From an uncultured Alphaproteobacteria bacterium (GTDB lineage Bacteria; Pseudomonadota; Alphaproteobacteria; Sphingomonadales; Sphingomonadaceae), in the NCBI GenBank assembly GCA_963811255.1, contig CAWEQI010000005.1, forward strand, positions 8,893 through 72,892: a stretch of 64,000 nt of DNA, given 5' to 3'. Under the pieces are notes generated by a model. That model ran no database searches, had not been told where the DNA came from, and saw nothing but the letters and a program-made list of their open reading frames with translations. Positions within the stretch are counted from its first letter, which is position 1; each line of letters starts with the position of its first letter. Both the position numbers and the translations under genes were made by a program. Below, in pieces: positions 30,214 through 40,283 of this stretch.

Positions 30214-32136
30214 ATGACGTCGCGCCCCGAAACGCCGCTGCTCGACACGGTCGATACTCCGCAAGACATTCGCCAGCTCCAGCCGGGCCAGCTGCGCCAG
30301 CTCGCCGACGAGCTGCGCGCAGAAATGATCGACGCCGTTGGCAGCACCGGCGGGCACCTGGGCTCCGGCCTCGGTGTGGTCGAGCTGACCGTCGCCATCC
30401 ATTACGTGTTCGACACGCCGCGCGACCGACTAGTGTGGGACGTCGGCCACCAAGCCTATCCGCATAAGATCGTCACCGGCCGGCGCGACCGCATCCGCAC
30501 GCTGCGCCAGGGCGGCGGCCTCAGCGGCTTCACCAAGCGCAGCGAGAGCGAATACGACCCATTTGGCGCGGCGCACTCATCGACCTCGATCAGTGCCGCG
30601 CTCGGCTTCGCGATTGCCAACAAGCTGTCCGGTCAGCCGGGCAAGGCCATCGCCGTGATCGGCGACGGGGCGATGAGCGCCGGCATGGCCTACGAGGCGA
30701 TGAACAACGCCGAGCAGGCGGGAAACCGCTTGGTCGTCATTCTCAACGACAACGACATGTCGATCGCTCCGCCGGTGGGCGGCTTCTCCGGCTACTTGGC
30801 CCGGCTGGTCTCTTCGCCCAGCTACCTGCACCTGCGCCATTTCGCCAAAAAGGCAATTCGCCGGATCTCGCGCCGCGCACACGACACGGCGCAGAAGGCC
30901 GAGGAGTTCGCCCGCGGGATGGTCACCGGCGGCACGCTGTTCGAGGAGCTGGGGTTCTATTACGTCGGGCCGATCGACGGGCACAACCTCGATCAATTGG
31001 TGCCGGTGCTGGAGAACGTCCGCGACGCCGAGGAAGGCCCGATCCTGGTCCACGTGGTGACCAAGAAAGGCAAGGGCTACGCCCCGGCCGAGAACGCTTC
31101 CGACAAGTACCACGGGGTGCAGAAGTTCGACGTTATTACCGGCGAGCAGAAGAAGAGCGCGGGCGGACCGCCGGCGTACCAGACGGTGTTCGGGGAAACG
31201 CTGTCGAAGCTGGCCGAGACCGACGAGCGGATTTGCGCGATCACCGCGGCGATGCCGGGCGGCACCGGGGTCGACAAGTTCGCCGCCGCGCATCCCACCC
31301 GCGCGTTCGACGTCGGCATCGCCGAGCAGCACGCGGTCACGTTCGCCGCCGGCCTGGCCGCGCAAGGGATGCGCCCGTTCTGCGCGATCTATTCCACGTT
31401 CCTCCAGCGCGCGTTTGACCAGGTGGTGCACGACGTGGCGATTCAGAACCTGCCGGTGCGCTTCGCGATCGACCGCGCCGGCCTGGTTGGCGCCGACGGC
31501 GCGACCCACGCCGGCAGCTTCGACGTGACCTATCTGGCGACGCTGCCCAATTTCGTGGTCATGTCCCCCAGCGACGAGGCCGAGCTGGTGCACATGACCT
31601 ACACCGCCTCTTTGCATGATGAAGGACCGATCGCCTTCCGCTATCCGCGCGGCGCCGGCACCGGCGTCGCGCTGCCCGACACGCCCGAGCGGCTCGAAAT
31701 CGGCAAGGGACGGATCGTTCGCCAAGGAAGTAAGGTTGCCTTACTCAGCCTCGGAACTCGCCTCGCCGAAGCGCTCAAGGCGGCCGACCAGCTCGAGGCC
31801 AAGGGCCTTTCGACCACCGTCGCCGACCTGCGCTTCGCCAAGCCGCTCGACAGCGAGCTGATCCGCAAGCTGATGGCTGCGCACGAAGTCGTCGTCACGA
31901 TCGAGGAAGCCTCGATCGGCGGCCTCGGCGCCCACGTCCTCACGCTCGCCAGTGACGAGGGCCTGGTCGATGCCGGCTTGAAGATCCGCACGATGCGCCT
32001 GCCCGACACGTTCATCGATCAGGACGCACCCGACAAGCAGTACGACCTCGCCCACCTCAACGCCCCGCACATCGTCGACACGGTGCTCGCCGCACTGCGC
32101 CACAACAGCGCCGGGGTGGAGGAAGCGCGAGCTTAG
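30214..32136 (+). CDS. dxs: 1-deoxy-D-xylulose-5-phosphate synthase
   Basis: [13 protein letters not shown] and [15 protein letters not shown]...NDN TPP motifs. 640 aa. Confidence 0.95.
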   Translation: MTSRPETPLLDTVDTPQDIRQLQPGQLRQLADELRAEMIDAVGSTGGHLGSGLGVVELTVAIHYVFDTPRDRLVWDVGHQAYPHKIVTGRRDRIRTLRQGGGLSGFTKRSESEYDPFGAAHSSTSISAALGFAIANKLSGQPGKAIAVIGDGAMSAGMAYEAMNNAEQAGNRLVVILNDNDMSIAPPVGGFSGYLARLVSSPSYLHLRHFAKKAIRRISRRAHDTAQKAEEFARGMVTGGTLFEELGFYYVGPIDGHNLDQLVPVLENVRDAEEGPILVHVVTKKGKGYAPAENASDKYHGVQKFDVITGEQKKSAGGPPAYQTVFGETLSKLAETDERICAITAAMPGGTGVDKFAAAHPTRAFDVGIAEQHAVTFAAGLAAQGMRPFCAIYSTFLQRAFDQVVHDVAIQNLPVRFAIDRAGLVGADGATHAGSFDVTYLATLPNFVVMSPSDEAELVHMTYTASLHDEGPIAFRYPRGAGTGVALPDTPERLEIGKGRIVRQGSKVALLSLGTRLAEALKAADQLEAKGLSTTVADLRFAKPLDSELIRKLMAAHEVVVTIEEASIGGLGAHVLTLASDEGLVDAGLKIRTMRLPDTFIDQDAPDKQYDLAHLNAPHIVDTVLAALRHNSAGVEEARA

Positions 32137-32174
32137 CAAGAGGGCGCGCGAGCGGCCGTTCGCCCGCCGACCCT

Positions 32175-33824
32175 CTATTGCGTCGCCGGGTGGACCCCGG
32201 CCTCCTGCGCTTCGTATCCCGCCTCGGCCTGGCCGAGCAGGTCGTCGCCGACGTTGTCGTCGCGCAGCGTGTCGAGGTGCATCAGCTTCTTGACCAGCGG
32301 AGCGACCACCAGCACCGCGACGCCGAGGCCGACGCCCAGCCAGCCGATCTTGTCGTACATGGCGAGCGAGGCCTCCTTGGTCATCTCACCGCCCGCGCTG
32401 TTGCCGATCGCTTCGCCGATCTTGCCGGCGACGAACTCGCCGCCGGCGGTGGCGAAGAACCACGCGCCCATGATCAGCGAGGCCATGTAGCGCGGCGCCA
32501 GCCGGTTCATCGCCGACAGTCCGACCGGCGACAGACACAGCTCGCCGGTGGTCTGCAGAAAATACAGCAGAAACACCAGGAACACCGGCACCAACACGCC
32601 GCCGGAAATCGCCGCGCCCCATACCAGGGCGAGAAAGCACAGCCCGACCTGGACCAGGCCGAGCCCGAACTTGGCCGGGGTCGAGGGCTCCAGCCCGCGC
32701 TTGCCGAGCGCGGTCCACAGCCAGGCGAACAGCGGCCCGAGAATGATGATGTAAATCGGGTTGATCGACTGGAACAGCGAGGTCGGCACCCCGCCGCGGT
32801 CGACAAATCGGTCGGTGAACAAGTTGAACGAGCCGCCGGACTGCTCGTAGATGCCCCAGAACACCGGCTCCAGCGCAATCAGGAACAGCACCGCGAGCAA
32901 CCGATCGCGGGTTTCCCGATCGTGCCTGAAAGCTTCCACCAGCACGTACAGCAACAGCGCCGCGCCGGAGATCAGCAGCAGCCAGCCGATCACGTCCTGG
33001 AACTGGATCAGCGCCCAGATCGCGACCACCGCGGCCACGCCGACCCCGTAGAGGAGCGTTTCCAGCCGAATGCCCATCGCCCGTCCGCCGAGCAACGCCG
33101 GATCGGGCGACTCGCCTTTCCCGCGCAGAGCCGGCTTGCCGATCACGAAAATGACCAGGCCGCAGACCATGCCGATCCCGGCCATGCCGAAGCCGTAGCC
33201 CCAGCCGACCGTCTCACCGAGGTAGCCGACGAGGATCGTGCCAAGCGCCGCGCCGACGTTCACGCCCATGTAGAAGATCGTGTACGCGCCGTCGCGGCGA
33301 ACGTCGGTGAGGCGATAGAGCTGGCCGACAATGACCGAGATGTTGGCCTTGAGGAATCCCGAGCCGACGATGATGAACGACAGCGCGAGCCAGAACACGT
33401 TGATCGTCGGATCGTGCGGTCCGCCGTGGCCTTCGACTGCCATCAGCCCATGACCGAATGCCAGCAGGATTCCGCCGAACAGCACAGCCTTGCGCTGGCC
33501 GAGGTAGCGGTCGGCGAGCCAGCCGCCGAGCACCGGCGTGATGTACACCAGGCTGGTGTAGGCGCCGTAGATCAGGTTCGACTTGCCGTCGTCGAACAGC
33601 CAGTGCTTGGTCAGGTAGAGGATCAGCAGCGCGCGCATCCCGTAGTACGAGAAGCGCTCCCACATCTCGGCGTAGAACAGCACGAACAGCCCGCGCGGGT
33701 GGCCGACCACCTCTTCGCTGCGCCGGGTGGCGATGATCCCGCCGATCGCCAGGACGGCGAACAGCCCGACCGCCGCGATCGCCGCGATCCAATCGCCTTC
33801 GTTCCACAACGCCATGTCTTTCAT
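32175..33824 (-). CDS. POT/PTR2-family proton-dependent oligopeptide transporter
   Basis: FYAEMWERFSYYGMRALLILYL signature. Polytopic, 549 aa. Confidence 0.9.
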   Translation of the reverse strand: MKDMALWNEGDWIAAIAAVGLFAVLAIGGIIATRRSEEVVGHPRGLFVLFYAEMWERFSYYGMRALLILYLTKHWLFDDGKSNLIYGAYTSLVYITPVLGGWLADRYLGQRKAVLFGGILLAFGHGLMAVEGHGGPHDPTINVFWLALSFIIVGSGFLKANISVIVGQLYRLTDVRRDGAYTIFYMGVNVGAALGTILVGYLGETVGWGYGFGMAGIGMVCGLVIFVIGKPALRGKGESPDPALLGGRAMGIRLETLLYGVGVAAVVAIWALIQFQDVIGWLLLISGAALLLYVLVEAFRHDRETRDRLLAVLFLIALEPVFWGIYEQSGGSFNLFTDRFVDRGGVPTSLFQSINPIYIIILGPLFAWLWTALGKRGLEPSTPAKFGLGLVQVGLCFLALVWGAAISGGVLVPVFLVFLLYFLQTTGELCLSPVGLSAMNRLAPRYMASLIMGAWFFATAGGEFVAGKIGEAIGNSAGGEMTKEASLAMYDKIGWLGVGLGVAVLVVAPLVKKLMHLDTLRDDNVGDDLLGQAEAGYEAQEAGVHPATQ

Positions 33825-33974
33825 GCGATCCGTCCCGTTATTCGTGCTTGTCCGCCAGTTCGGCGCGAAACGGGCAACCTAGCCCATCGGACCCGTTTGT
33901 GAAGCGTGTTTCGTTTCAGGCGAAACCGGCCGGCGGGTTGACGCGGCCCGCTGTATTATGGCACTGATGCACCG

Positions 33975-34316
33975 ATGAGCGACGACAACCGCCCGGTCTA
34001 TCTGAAGCTGCGCGACCTCATTACCGCGGGCATCATCGAAGGCCGCTATCGCGAAGGCGAAATGCTGCCGTCGGTGCGCGCCTTCGCCGCGGAGCAGGGC
34101 GCCAATCCGCTCACCGTCGCCAAGGCCTATTCACAGTTCCAGGCTGACGGTCTGATCGATGTCCAGCGCGGCGTTGGAATGTTCGTCACCTCCGGCGCGG
34201 CCGAGCGCCTGCGGACAAGCGAGCGGCGCCGGTTTCTCGATGAGGAGTGGCCCGCCATCCGCCAGCGGATGGAGCGGCTCGGGATCGATCCGGCCTTGCT
34301 GCTTCACGAGGCCTGA
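33975..34316 (+). CDS. GntR-family transcriptional regulator (short YtrA-like)
   Basis: wHTH block LPSVRAFAAEQGANPLTVAKAYSQFQADGLI. Divergent from the POT transporter gene. Confidence 0.85.
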   Translation: MSDDNRPVYLKLRDLITAGIIEGRYREGEMLPSVRAFAAEQGANPLTVAKAYSQFQADGLIDVQRGVGMFVTSGAAERLRTSERRRFLDEEWPAIRQRMERLGIDPALLLHEA

Positions 34317-34503
34317 GGGGCTCGCCTTGCCGCGGGGGTCCTTTTTATCTAACATTTGTTCATCCGGCGATTGCGCTGCCGCTTTTTGTCTGGCAATCAG
34401 GCGCTTGCGGTCGCCAATTCGCCGCCCCATGCGGGCGAACGGTTGAGCTCGGGGCTGGCCGATGTCGGACTGCTCCTGGCCCGGGGTCGGGGGGAAGGTA
34501 CAG

Positions 34504-34785
34504 ATGATTAGATCGGAGCTTCTACAGGCGCTGGCGGCAGACAACCCGGATCTGCGGCCGGAAGAGGTCGAGCAGGTCGTGTCGATTTTCTTCGACGAGA
34601 TCGCCAAGCGCCTGGCCGAAGGCGGCCGGGTGGAACTGCGCGGATTCGGAGCGTTCTCGACCCGTGGGCGCGAGGCGCGCACAGGGCGCAATCCGCGCAC
34701 CGGCGAGGCGGTCGACGTGCCCGCCAAACGCGTGCCCTATTTCAAGCCGGGCAAGGAAATGCGCGAACGGCTCAACGCCGACTGA
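34504..34785 (+). CDS. ihfB: integration host factor subunit beta
   Basis: [11 protein letters not shown]...[12 protein letters not shown]...[10 protein letters not shown], a canonical IHF-beta sequence. Confidence 0.9.
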   Translation: MIRSELLQALAADNPDLRPEEVEQVVSIFFDEIAKRLAEGGRVELRGFGAFSTRGREARTGRNPRTGEAVDVPAKRVPYFKPGKEMRERLNAD

Positions 34786-34906
34786 GCGCGCCAGCTTCCG
34801 CTTACCTGGACAATCGATACGGCGTGCCTGGAGCGCGCCCTCTCTGCGCGTGCTCGTGCCGATCGCATGCGCTGCCGCGCTCGAGCCTCGGACGGCCGGA
34901 AAGAGA

Positions 34907-34937
34907 AAGGGCGGCCCGATCGCCCGGGCCGCCCCTT
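34907..34937 (-). terminator. GC-rich hairpin between convergent ihfB and the TonB receptor gene
   Basis: GGGCGGCCC (34909-34917) pairs with GGGCCGCCC (34926-34934). On the minus strand it is followed by CTTTCTCTTTCC. Confidence 0.45.
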
Positions 34938-34959
34938 CCTGGTAGCAAACGCCTGAGCG

Positions 34960-37860
34960 TCAGCCGCGTTCGCCCTGGGGCGCCACGGCCGGGGCCGGCG
35001 GCGGCGGACAGGCCTCTTCCATCTTGACCACCGAGCCGTCGAGGCACTGCTTGTAAGTCGCCACGGGCGCCGGCGGAGGCGGCGGCGGCGGGGCGGCTTC
35101 GGGCGGAGCCGGCGGCAGCGGAGCCGGCGGCGGCGGAGGCGGCGGCGGAGCAGGGTGGAAGTTCCGCCGAAGCGACACCAGCCAGGTGCGCGGCATGCCC
35201 GGCTGGCCGAGCACCGCGCCCAAGCGAGGTGGTCACATCCTCCTTGGTCACGAAGTAGTACTTGTTGAAGATGTTCTTGACTTCGAGCGACAGCTCCCAG
35301 TCGTCGTCCGGCGACTTGTAGTAGATCCGCCCGTTACCAATAAAGCGGCCTGGCATCTCGGCTCCACTTGGTATTGAACGTCTCGGAGTAGATCTTCGAC
35401 TGATAAGTGGCCGTCGAGGCGGATACCGACGTCGCTGTCGTTCGCCATCCTGATAATCGTACTGAGCGCCAAGGCTCCAGGTCCACTTCGGCGTGAACGG
35501 CGTGACCTCGTTACCCGTGAGTCCGGCCGGACGCAACCGAAGCCTTGTCGTACTTGAAGTCGATGTAGCTCAGCGATCCATCGAGCTCGAAGCCGTCGGT
35601 GGGATGCGCCGTCATCTCCAGTTCGAAGCCCTTGACGTTGGCCTTGCCGATATTGCGCGGCTGGATGCAGGGCACCGAGGGGCAAGCTGACAACGTGAGA
35701 ATGATGTCGTTGAACTTGTTGTAGAACGCGGCACCGTTCAAGCGCAGGCGCCGGTCGAACAAGTCGGACTTGAAGCCCACCTCGTAGGTGGTCAGCGTCT
35801 CGGGCTTGAAGGACTTGATCTGGTTGCATGGCGCCGGCGGCACGTAGCCCGGTGCGTCGCATTCGCCGGCCGACGGGCCGAAGAACGGGCGCGGATTGAC
35901 GCCGCCGCCCATGTAGCCGGTCGAGATCGAGGCATAGGCCAGGAACTGAGGCGAGAAGCGATAGTCCGTGACCGCGCGCCAGTCCCAGCGGTGCCCTTGA
36001 ACTCGCCCTGCACTCCATAAAGGCCGGTCAGCAGACAATTCGGCGTATTTCCGATGCTGGTCGGCTCCGGAAGGTACCCGTGCCGTTCGACGAAGAATTC
36101 GCAAATCGGCGGCAAGCCTGGACGCGCGCAGCGACCCTTGCTGGACAACGGCACTGTCCCGTCCGGATTGCTCCGGAAGTACGTGTAGGTCTTGTGGTCC
36201 CACGAGCGGCGCACGCCGCCCGTGATGCTCCACGCGTCGGTGGGATGGATGGTGCCGTTGAAGAACAGCGCCTTTGACGTGGATGGCGTGAGGTCCGGAC
36301 CATGCACGAAGTCGATGCCCGCGTAGTTCAGATCGACGCGCGCGGTGTAGCTTGTTGTTCTGCTTCATATAGAAGCCGCCGAACGTGTACTCGAAAGAAG
36401 CCGTTGCCAAGCTCGCCGTTGAGGCGCAGTTCCTGGCTCCAGGCCTTTGCGTTGAGCTGGTTGTCCAGCTGCGCCATCGGCACAGGCGTGGCGTCCTGAT
36501 CCTGGCCGAAGTTCGACTGATACTTGCGGTATGAACTGATCCACGTGAGCTTGAATTGGTCGCTCAGATCCCACTGGACATTGCCCATCACGCCCCAGCC
36601 GACGAAATCGGAGTTCTGCAGCGCGGCATAGGGCTTGTATGGCGCTTGCTGAGTGGGAATCATCCCGTCGAGGAAGTTCGCGTAAGTCATGTAGCGCGGA
36701 TCGACGCCGGAGGGCAACGTCCGCCCGCTATCGCAGCTATATTGCCCGAACGGCACGAAGTGACAGTCGACCGGCACCGGCAAGCCGTTCTTGCCCGGCA
36801 GCCAGGCGCCCCCGTTCGCGTTCAGTCGCCGGATCGGATCGAGCGCGGGATCGAACGGACTGGTCCGCGGAGCCCGCAGGCTTTCCAGCAGCAAGCAGGA
36901 TGTCCGGAACCGGGCTGTCGTGCTCATTCGTGTAATCGGCTGAAATATTGATATCGAGGTTGCTGGTCGGCTGCCACCGTAGCGCGAAGCGGCCGGCCTG
37001 CATGTTCTGACGCCCCTCCTTGTTGCTGATCGCATAGTGGCCGCGGGCATCGTTCGCCGGCACATTCGAGTTCGGGTGCGTGAGCCCGTAATCGATCATG
37101 TCGACCCAGCCGTCATGGCTGATCGCCACGCCCGAGACGCGTGCCGAAACGGTATCGGTGATCTTGATGTCGGCCATTCCGCGCAGCTTGAGTTCGTTGA
37201 ACGAGCCATAGCCCGCCTCGAGATAGCCGGTGTTCGAGCCCTCCGGCTTCTTGCTGAACAGCTTGATCGCGCCGCCGATCGAGTTCTTGCCGCCGAGCAC
37301 GCCTTGCGGACCGCGCAGGATTTCGACCCGGTCAACGTCCATCAGGTTGAGCAGCGAAGCGGAAAGCGTCGGAATGTAGACGTCGTCGACGTAGATGCCG
37401 ACGCCCGGTTCGAGCGCGTAGTCGAAGTCAGTCTGGCCGACGCCGCGGATAAAGGCGATCAGGCCTACGCCGCCAGTCTGCGGCTGCGGGTTCAAGCGTG
37501 ACGTTCGGCGCCTGCGACGCCACCTGGGCGATATCGGTCTGGCCGCGCTGGTCGAGCATCGCCCCGTTGACCGCGGTGATCGCGATCGGGGTGTTCTGCA
37601 GGCTCTCCTTGCGGAATTCCGCCGTGACGATGATTTCGTTGTTCTGATTGCTCCCGCCTCCCGGTGGAGTCTCGAAGGTCGGGGTTGCCCGCGGTGGCCT
37701 GCCCCTGAACGGTCGTGGTGACCGCCGCCGGGGGCTCCCCGGGTCCTTTCGTCGAAGTCGAACCCTGGTCCTGTTGGGCGGCTCCCTGCGCATAGGCTGG
37801 GCTGGCGAGCGCAGCGACGAGCGCGAGAGACGAAACAAATCCGGCGTGCTTCAAAGTCAT
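34960..37860 (-). pseudogene. TonB-dependent receptor, multiply frameshifted
   Basis: GGGAGGAAG RBS and signal peptide MTLKHAGFVSSLALVAALASPAYAQ. Plug IIVTAEFRKESLQNTPIAITAV, barrel segments and terminal PRTWLVSLRRNF are all present but spread over all three frames. About 11 junctions, near 37680, 37495, 36900, 36405, 36360, 35995, 35530, 35445, 35400, 35345 and 35220. Confidence 0.85.
35066..35149. repeat. (GGC/GGA)n triplet tract encoding poly-proline on the minus strand
   Basis: Runs CGGCGGAGGCGGCGGCGGCGGGG and CGGCGGCGGCGGAGGCGGCGGCGG. A shorter run lies at 34995-35007. Confidence 0.7.
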
Positions 37861-38077
37861 CAGGCTTCCTCCCTTTGCGGGCCGTTCTGCGGACCCGCCC
37901 AGTCAATTCACCTGCTCAGCGACCCTCCCGGCGTTCTCCACCGGAAATGAGCATTATCGTTCGGAGAAAATGCGGCCTCGCTCGGAGTTCGCCGCAAGCT
38001 CCCTTCCAGCTTCGATCCTAACGACTGTTAGATAGGAGGCAAGGCGCGAGCGACGTGCGGTTGTTACCAACCGGTCC

Positions 38078-38096
38078 AATTGTCGCGAATTGTCGC
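38078..38096. promoter_or_regulatory. tandem direct repeat AATTGTCGC-G-AATTGTCGC in the divergent TonB receptor / MFS intergenic region
   Basis: Exact 9-mer repeated with 10-bp periodicity, about 115 nt upstream of the MFS start. A related AATTGTC-AATTGTCGC lies at 49816-49831. Confidence 0.3.
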
Positions 38097-38209
38097 AAAC
38101 AAGCAACACTTCCGCTGCCGAATGCTTACGATTCATTGCGCACGCGCCTCTTGCCTTCGCGCCCGCGCGGCCCCACGCTGCGCGCGGCCAAGGGGAGAGG
38201 AACCGGCGA

Positions 38210-39463
38210 ATGGCGAGCGTGGCGCAGGAACCAACGGCAGAGCACAAGCTCGGTTACGAGCTGACGGTGGTGCTGCTGCTCGGGCTCGCGTTCGGCTTCG
38301 CCTATTTCGACCGGATGGCGATGACCTTCCTCTCGCCCTACGTGGTGAAGGATCTAGGGCTGACCAACACCGAAGTCGGGGCGCTCGGCTCCGGCCTGTC
38401 GGCGACCTGGGCGCTGGGCGCCTATTTCATCGGCCGCTGGTCCGACGCGGCCGGGCGCCGCAAGCCGTTCCTGCTGGCGTTCATGGTGATCTTTTCGTTC
38501 TGCTCGGTGCTCTCGGGACTGGCCCCCAACTTCGAGACGCTGTTCGCCAGCCGGGTGCTGATGGGCGCTGTCGAAGGCCCGTTCCTGCCGATTTGCCTGG
38601 CGATCATCGCCGCCGCGAGCGTGGCGACCCGCCGCGGCGTCAACGTGGGCATCGTGCAGAATTTCTTCGGTTCGCTGATCGGCACCGCGATTGCACCGAT
38701 CGTGCTGGTGTGGCTGGCCGACCATTACGGCTGGCGCAGCGCGTTCTATCTCGCGGCCGTGCCTGGACTGATCCTCGCCTTCCTCGTGTGGCGCTTCATC
38801 CGCGAGCCGGAAATGCCGCCGCGCCCGGCCGATTACGCGCCGCCGCCGCTGCTACCGCTGCACATGCTGAGGAACCGCAACATCGCGATTTGTTCATTGC
38901 TGAGCTGCCTTATGGTCGGGAGTTTGGTGATCGGCTCGATCTTCCTGCCGCTGTTCTTCACCGGTCCGCGCGCCTGGGAGCCCAAGACCATGAGCTTCGT
39001 GATGGCCGTGCTCGGCCTGACCCCCGGCCTGGGCGGCGTGCTGGTCAGCTGGGTCTCCGACAAGGTCGGCCGGCGTCCGCCGATGATTTTCGGCTGCTTC
39101 CTCGCCGCCGTGTGCCCGTTCGCCGCGCTGTGGTTCGGCGGATCGATTCCCGCCCTGGCCGGGATCATGTTCGCCAGCTGGCTCGGCATCGGCGTGTTCC
39201 CGCTGTTCATGGGCCTCGTGCCGGCCGAGACGCTCGGCCATGCCAAGGCGGCCACGGCGATGGGGCTGGTGGTCGGCATCGGCGAGCTGTCCGGCGGCTT
39301 CCTCGGCCCGCTGATCGGCGGCAAGCTGGCCGACCTCTACGGCCTGCAGGCGCCGCTCTTGGTCCAGGGCGCGCTGGCGCTGGTCGCCGGTGTCGTCGCC
39401 TTCGGGCTGATCGAAACCAATCCGCAAGTCCTCGCCCGCCGGGCGGAAGGAGCCACCGCATGA
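38210..39463 (+). CDS. MFS transporter
   Basis: 12-TM-like profile and a GRWSDAAGRRKP loop motif. GAGAGG RBS before ATG 38210. Confidence 0.85.
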   Translation: MASVAQEPTAEHKLGYELTVVLLLGLAFGFAYFDRMAMTFLSPYVVKDLGLTNTEVGALGSGLSATWALGAYFIGRWSDAAGRRKPFLLAFMVIFSFCSVLSGLAPNFETLFASRVLMGAVEGPFLPICLAIIAAASVATRRGVNVGIVQNFFGSLIGTAIAPIVLVWLADHYGWRSAFYLAAVPGLILAFLVWRFIREPEMPPRPADYAPPPLLPLHMLRNRNIAICSLLSCLMVGSLVIGSIFLPLFFTGPRAWEPKTMSFVMAVLGLTPGLGGVLVSWVSDKVGRRPPMIFGCFLAAVCPFAALWFGGSIPALAGIMFASWLGIGVFPLFMGLVPAETLGHAKAATAMGLVVGIGELSGGFLGPLIGGKLADLYGLQAPLLVQGALALVAGVVAFGLIETNPQVLARRAEGATA

Positions 39464-40272
39464 GCGAGATCGAAACGATCGTCTGCGACGTCGAGACGAC
39501 GATGAAGTACGTCGTCCGCGGCGAGAAATCGACCTTCCATCCCGGCGAGCGCGAGAAGAGCTACTGGCCGGTCGACGAGCACACGGTGACGATCCACGAC
39601 GTGCGGCCGATCGCCGACCGGCTCTCGTTCGATCGCAACGGCTTCGTGCTGGTCGACGAACCGACCGACGTGACCGAGTTCACCGACGAGGACGAGCTCG
39701 CCCGCTATTGCCGCCAGACCGAAGCCTTGGTCAAGCGACTGACCGGGGCGGACAAAGTCGTCAGCTTCGGGCCGATGCTGCGGACCAATGCGTCGGGCGC
39801 GCATGGGCACAACCAGCCGGCGTTCGGCGCCCATGTCGATTACGGCGCGCGCACGGTGGCCGACTTCACCCGCGAGCTGTTGCCGGCGGACGAAGCCGAG
39901 CGGCGCCTGCAGGGCAGGCATATGCTGATCAACGTCTGGCGTCCCATCGTGATGGTCGAAAGCGCCCCGCTGGCGCTGTGCGATGCGAGCACGGTCAGGC
40001 GCGAGGACCTGTTCGACAGCGAAGTCGTCGGCGGGCTCGGCGACTTCAAGCGGCCGTCCCTCTGGGGCTTCAATCTCGCCTGGACCCCCGACCACCGGTG
40101 GTACTGGGTGCCGCATATGCAGCCATGGGAAGCGCTCGTGTTCAAGCTGTTCGACAGCGATCCTGGGGCGACGCAGCACACCGCCCACAGCGCCTTCGAC
40201 GATCCCAACACCCCGCGCGAAGCCGCGCCGCGGCAGAGTGTGGAGATGCGGACGATTGCCTATCTCGGCTGA
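39460..40272 (+). CDS. CmcJ/NvfI-like oxidoreductase family protein (tentative)
   Basis: ATGA overlap with the MFS gene. Blocks AHVDY, INVWRP and HSAF resemble the CmcJ-like hydroxylase family as I recall it. Confidence 0.6.
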   Translation: MSEIETIVCDVETTMKYVVRGEKSTFHPGEREKSYWPVDEHTVTIHDVRPIADRLSFDRNGFVLVDEPTDVTEFTDEDELARYCRQTEALVKRLTGADKVVSFGPMLRTNASGAHGHNQPAFGAHVDYGARTVADFTRELLPADEAERRLQGRHMLINVWRPIVMVESAPLALCDASTVRREDLFDSEVVGGLGDFKRPSLWGFNLAWTPDHRWYWVPHMQPWEALVFKLFDSDPGATQHTAHSAFDDPNTPREAAPRQSVEMRTIAYLG

Positions 40273-40283
40273 CGGGCTCCTGC

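Noticed and set aside
33938-33965. TTGACG ... TATTAT upstream of the GntR gene as a sigma-70 promoter.
   Set aside because: The spacing between the two hexamers is only about 10 bp, far from the 16-18 bp optimum.
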